In this document: piece after piece, positions 62,965-64,000 of the stretch | How the letters are laid out: each line of letters starts with the position of its first letter | Numbering within the stretch: position 1 is the stretch's first letter | Assembly (NCBI GenBank): GCA_964488505.1 | Contig: CAZAUI010000005.1 | Span: 17,954-81,953 of the forward strand | DNA: 64,000 bases | From: an uncultured Thermoplasmata archaeon | GTDB lineage: Archaea > Thermoplasmatota > Thermoplasmata > UBA10834 | Direction: 5' to 3' | The notes under the pieces: generated by a model | What the model saw: only the letters and a program-made list of their open reading frames with translations | The model's database searches: none | Told to the model about the DNA's origin: nothing | Position numbers and translations under genes: made by a program

Positions 62965-64000
62965 TGAATGTCCCGAGCCAGCCAGAGACCAACATCGGCA
63001 TGATCGGCCATGTCGACCATGGCAAGACCATGCTGACGAAGGCCTTGACTGGAGAGATGACCGACCGCCATTCGGAGGAGGTCAAGAGGGGCATATCCAT
63101 CAGGCTCGGCTACGCCGACGTCGCGTTCTACAAGTGCAAGAAGTGCTCCGAACCGGAGTGCTACACGAACAAGCCCGAGTGCCCTGAGTGCAAGGGCAAG
63201 TGCGAGCTGCTCAGGTCCGTGTCTTTCGTCGACGCCCCGGGCCACGAGACCCTGATGGCCACGATGCTGTCGGGCGCGGCCATCATGAACGGCGCGTTGC
63301 TGCTGGTCGCGGCGAACGAGCCCTGCCCGCAGCCGCAGACGAGGGAGCACCTGATGGCCCTCTCCATCATAGGAGTCGACAAGATCATCGTCGTCCAGAA
63401 CAAGATCGACCTGGTCTCCCCCGAGGAGGCGAGGGCGAACTTCAACGAGATCAAGGAGTTCGTCAAGGGCACGGTCGCGGAGAACGCCCCGATCATCCCG
63501 ATCTCGGCGCACCACGACGTCAACATAGACACGCTCATCTGGTCCATCGAGCAGACCATACCGACGCCGAAGTGGGACAAGTCCAAGCCCTCGAGGATGT
63601 ATGTGGCGCGGTCGTTCGACGTGAACCCCCCCGGGACGAAGATAGACAAGCTCAAGGGGGGCGTGCTCGGCGGCTCGCTGACCCAGGGCCGGCTCAGCAT
63701 AGGTGACGAGATAGAGGTGCGCCCCGGCCGAAAGGTCGAGACGAGCAAGGGCGTGACCTGGGAGCCGATAGTCACACAGGTCAGGTCACTGTTCGCGGGA
63801 GGCCTGAAACTCGATGAGGCAGGGCCAGGCGGGCTGATAGCCATAGGCACCGGGCTGGACCCGGTGATCACCAAGTCAGATTCTCTGGTAGGACGTATAG
63901 CAGGAGCCCCTGGGTCCCTCCCGCCGGTCCAGAACTCCCTCACCGTCGAGACCACGCTCATGAAGAGGGTGGTCGGCGTGACGTCGGACCTGGCTGTGGA
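62964..64000 (+). CDS. eif2g: Translation initiation factor 2 subunit gamma (aIF2-gamma), 3' end beyond the window
   Basis: My own translation from the ATG at 62964 (TAATG overlap with the S6e stop) reads [23 protein letters not shown] zinc knuckle (CKKC...CPEC), DAPGH and NKID follow. The frame stays open to the window edge, so it is absent from the ORF track. Confidence 0.95.
   Translation, partial: MNVPSQPETNIGMIGHVDHGKTMLTKALTGEMTDRHSEEVKRGISIRLGYADVAFYKCKKCSEPECYTNKPECPECKGKCELLRSVSFVDAPGHETLMATMLSGAAIMNGALLLVAANEPCPQPQTREHLMALSIIGVDKIIVVQNKIDLVSPEEARANFNEIKEFVKGTVAENAPIIPISAHHDVNIDTLIWSIEQTIPTPKWDKSKPSRMYVARSFDVNPPGTKIDKLKGGVLGGSLTQGRLSIGDEIEVRPGRKVETSKGVTWEPIVTQVRSLFAGGLKLDEAGPGGLIAIGTGLDPVITKSDSLVGRIAGAPGSLPPVQNSLTVETTLMKRVVGVTSDLAV

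Noticed and set aside
1-64000. CRISPR arrays, insertion sequences, integrases, prophage or toxin-antitoxin modules, including anything integrated next to tRNA-Val.
   Set aside because: I saw no regularly spaced direct repeats. The only repeats are domain-encoding ones (PKD, Gly/Asn tract) and short terminator palindromes. No transposase, integrase or recombinase motifs appear in any frame, and the tRNA-Val flanks are ordinary genes.

Overview
GC-rich archaeal chromosomal segment, densely coding on both strands: about 60 protein genes and one tRNA. I found no rRNA, CRISPR array, transposase, integrase or phage gene. Archaeal origin follows from gene content: aIF5A, aIF5B, aIF2-gamma, r-proteins L7Ae/S28e/L24e/S6e, Nop5, exosome Csl4, an Sm protein, CDP-archaeol synthase, SMC-ScpA-ScpB, XPD and a family-4 UDG. 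The order L7Ae-S28e-L24e-ndk-aIF5B-S6e-aIF2gamma is the euryarchaeal arrangement; finer taxonomy cannot be settled here. Blocks from left to right: (1) Csl4, a METTL5-like methylase and a Ras/Rab-like GTPase; (2) a secreted protein, an Opp/Dpp-type peptide ABC transporter and a PKD surface protein; (3) tRNA-Val, MtnA, Nop5, aIF5A and agmatinase; (4) GlmM, DUF47-PiT, a sugar nucleotidyltransferase, Sm and ScpB-ScpA-SMC; (5) a surface-glycan cluster encoding a full WbpA/B/E/D-type set plus GalU and three glycosyltransferases; (6) a C11 peptidase, UDG, PyrE, CarS and XPD; (7) assorted small genes, a histidine kinase, transporters, an M20 peptidase and PEP synthase; (8) an MFS transporter, three tandem saccharopine-dehydrogenase-family paralogues and a RACo-type reductive activase; (9) the ribosomal/translation-factor cluster. 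Many adjacent genes overlap by 4 nt (ATGA/GTGA), which is ordinary operon coupling. AT-rich islands mark TATA-like promoters. The ORF track prints M for GTG/TTG starts, and several track ORFs carry spurious N-terminal extensions that I trimmed on motif grounds. Items most worth a second look: a small GTPase whose P-loop lies upstream of any canonical start codon; an orphan promoter-to-terminator unit at 41.9-42.2 kb with no convincing ORF; the paralogue triplet next to an orphan corrinoid-type activase; and a K-turn-like element over the Shine-Dalgarno site of the L7Ae gene. Nothing here is proven novel. All functional calls come from motif recognition by eye, with no searches run.
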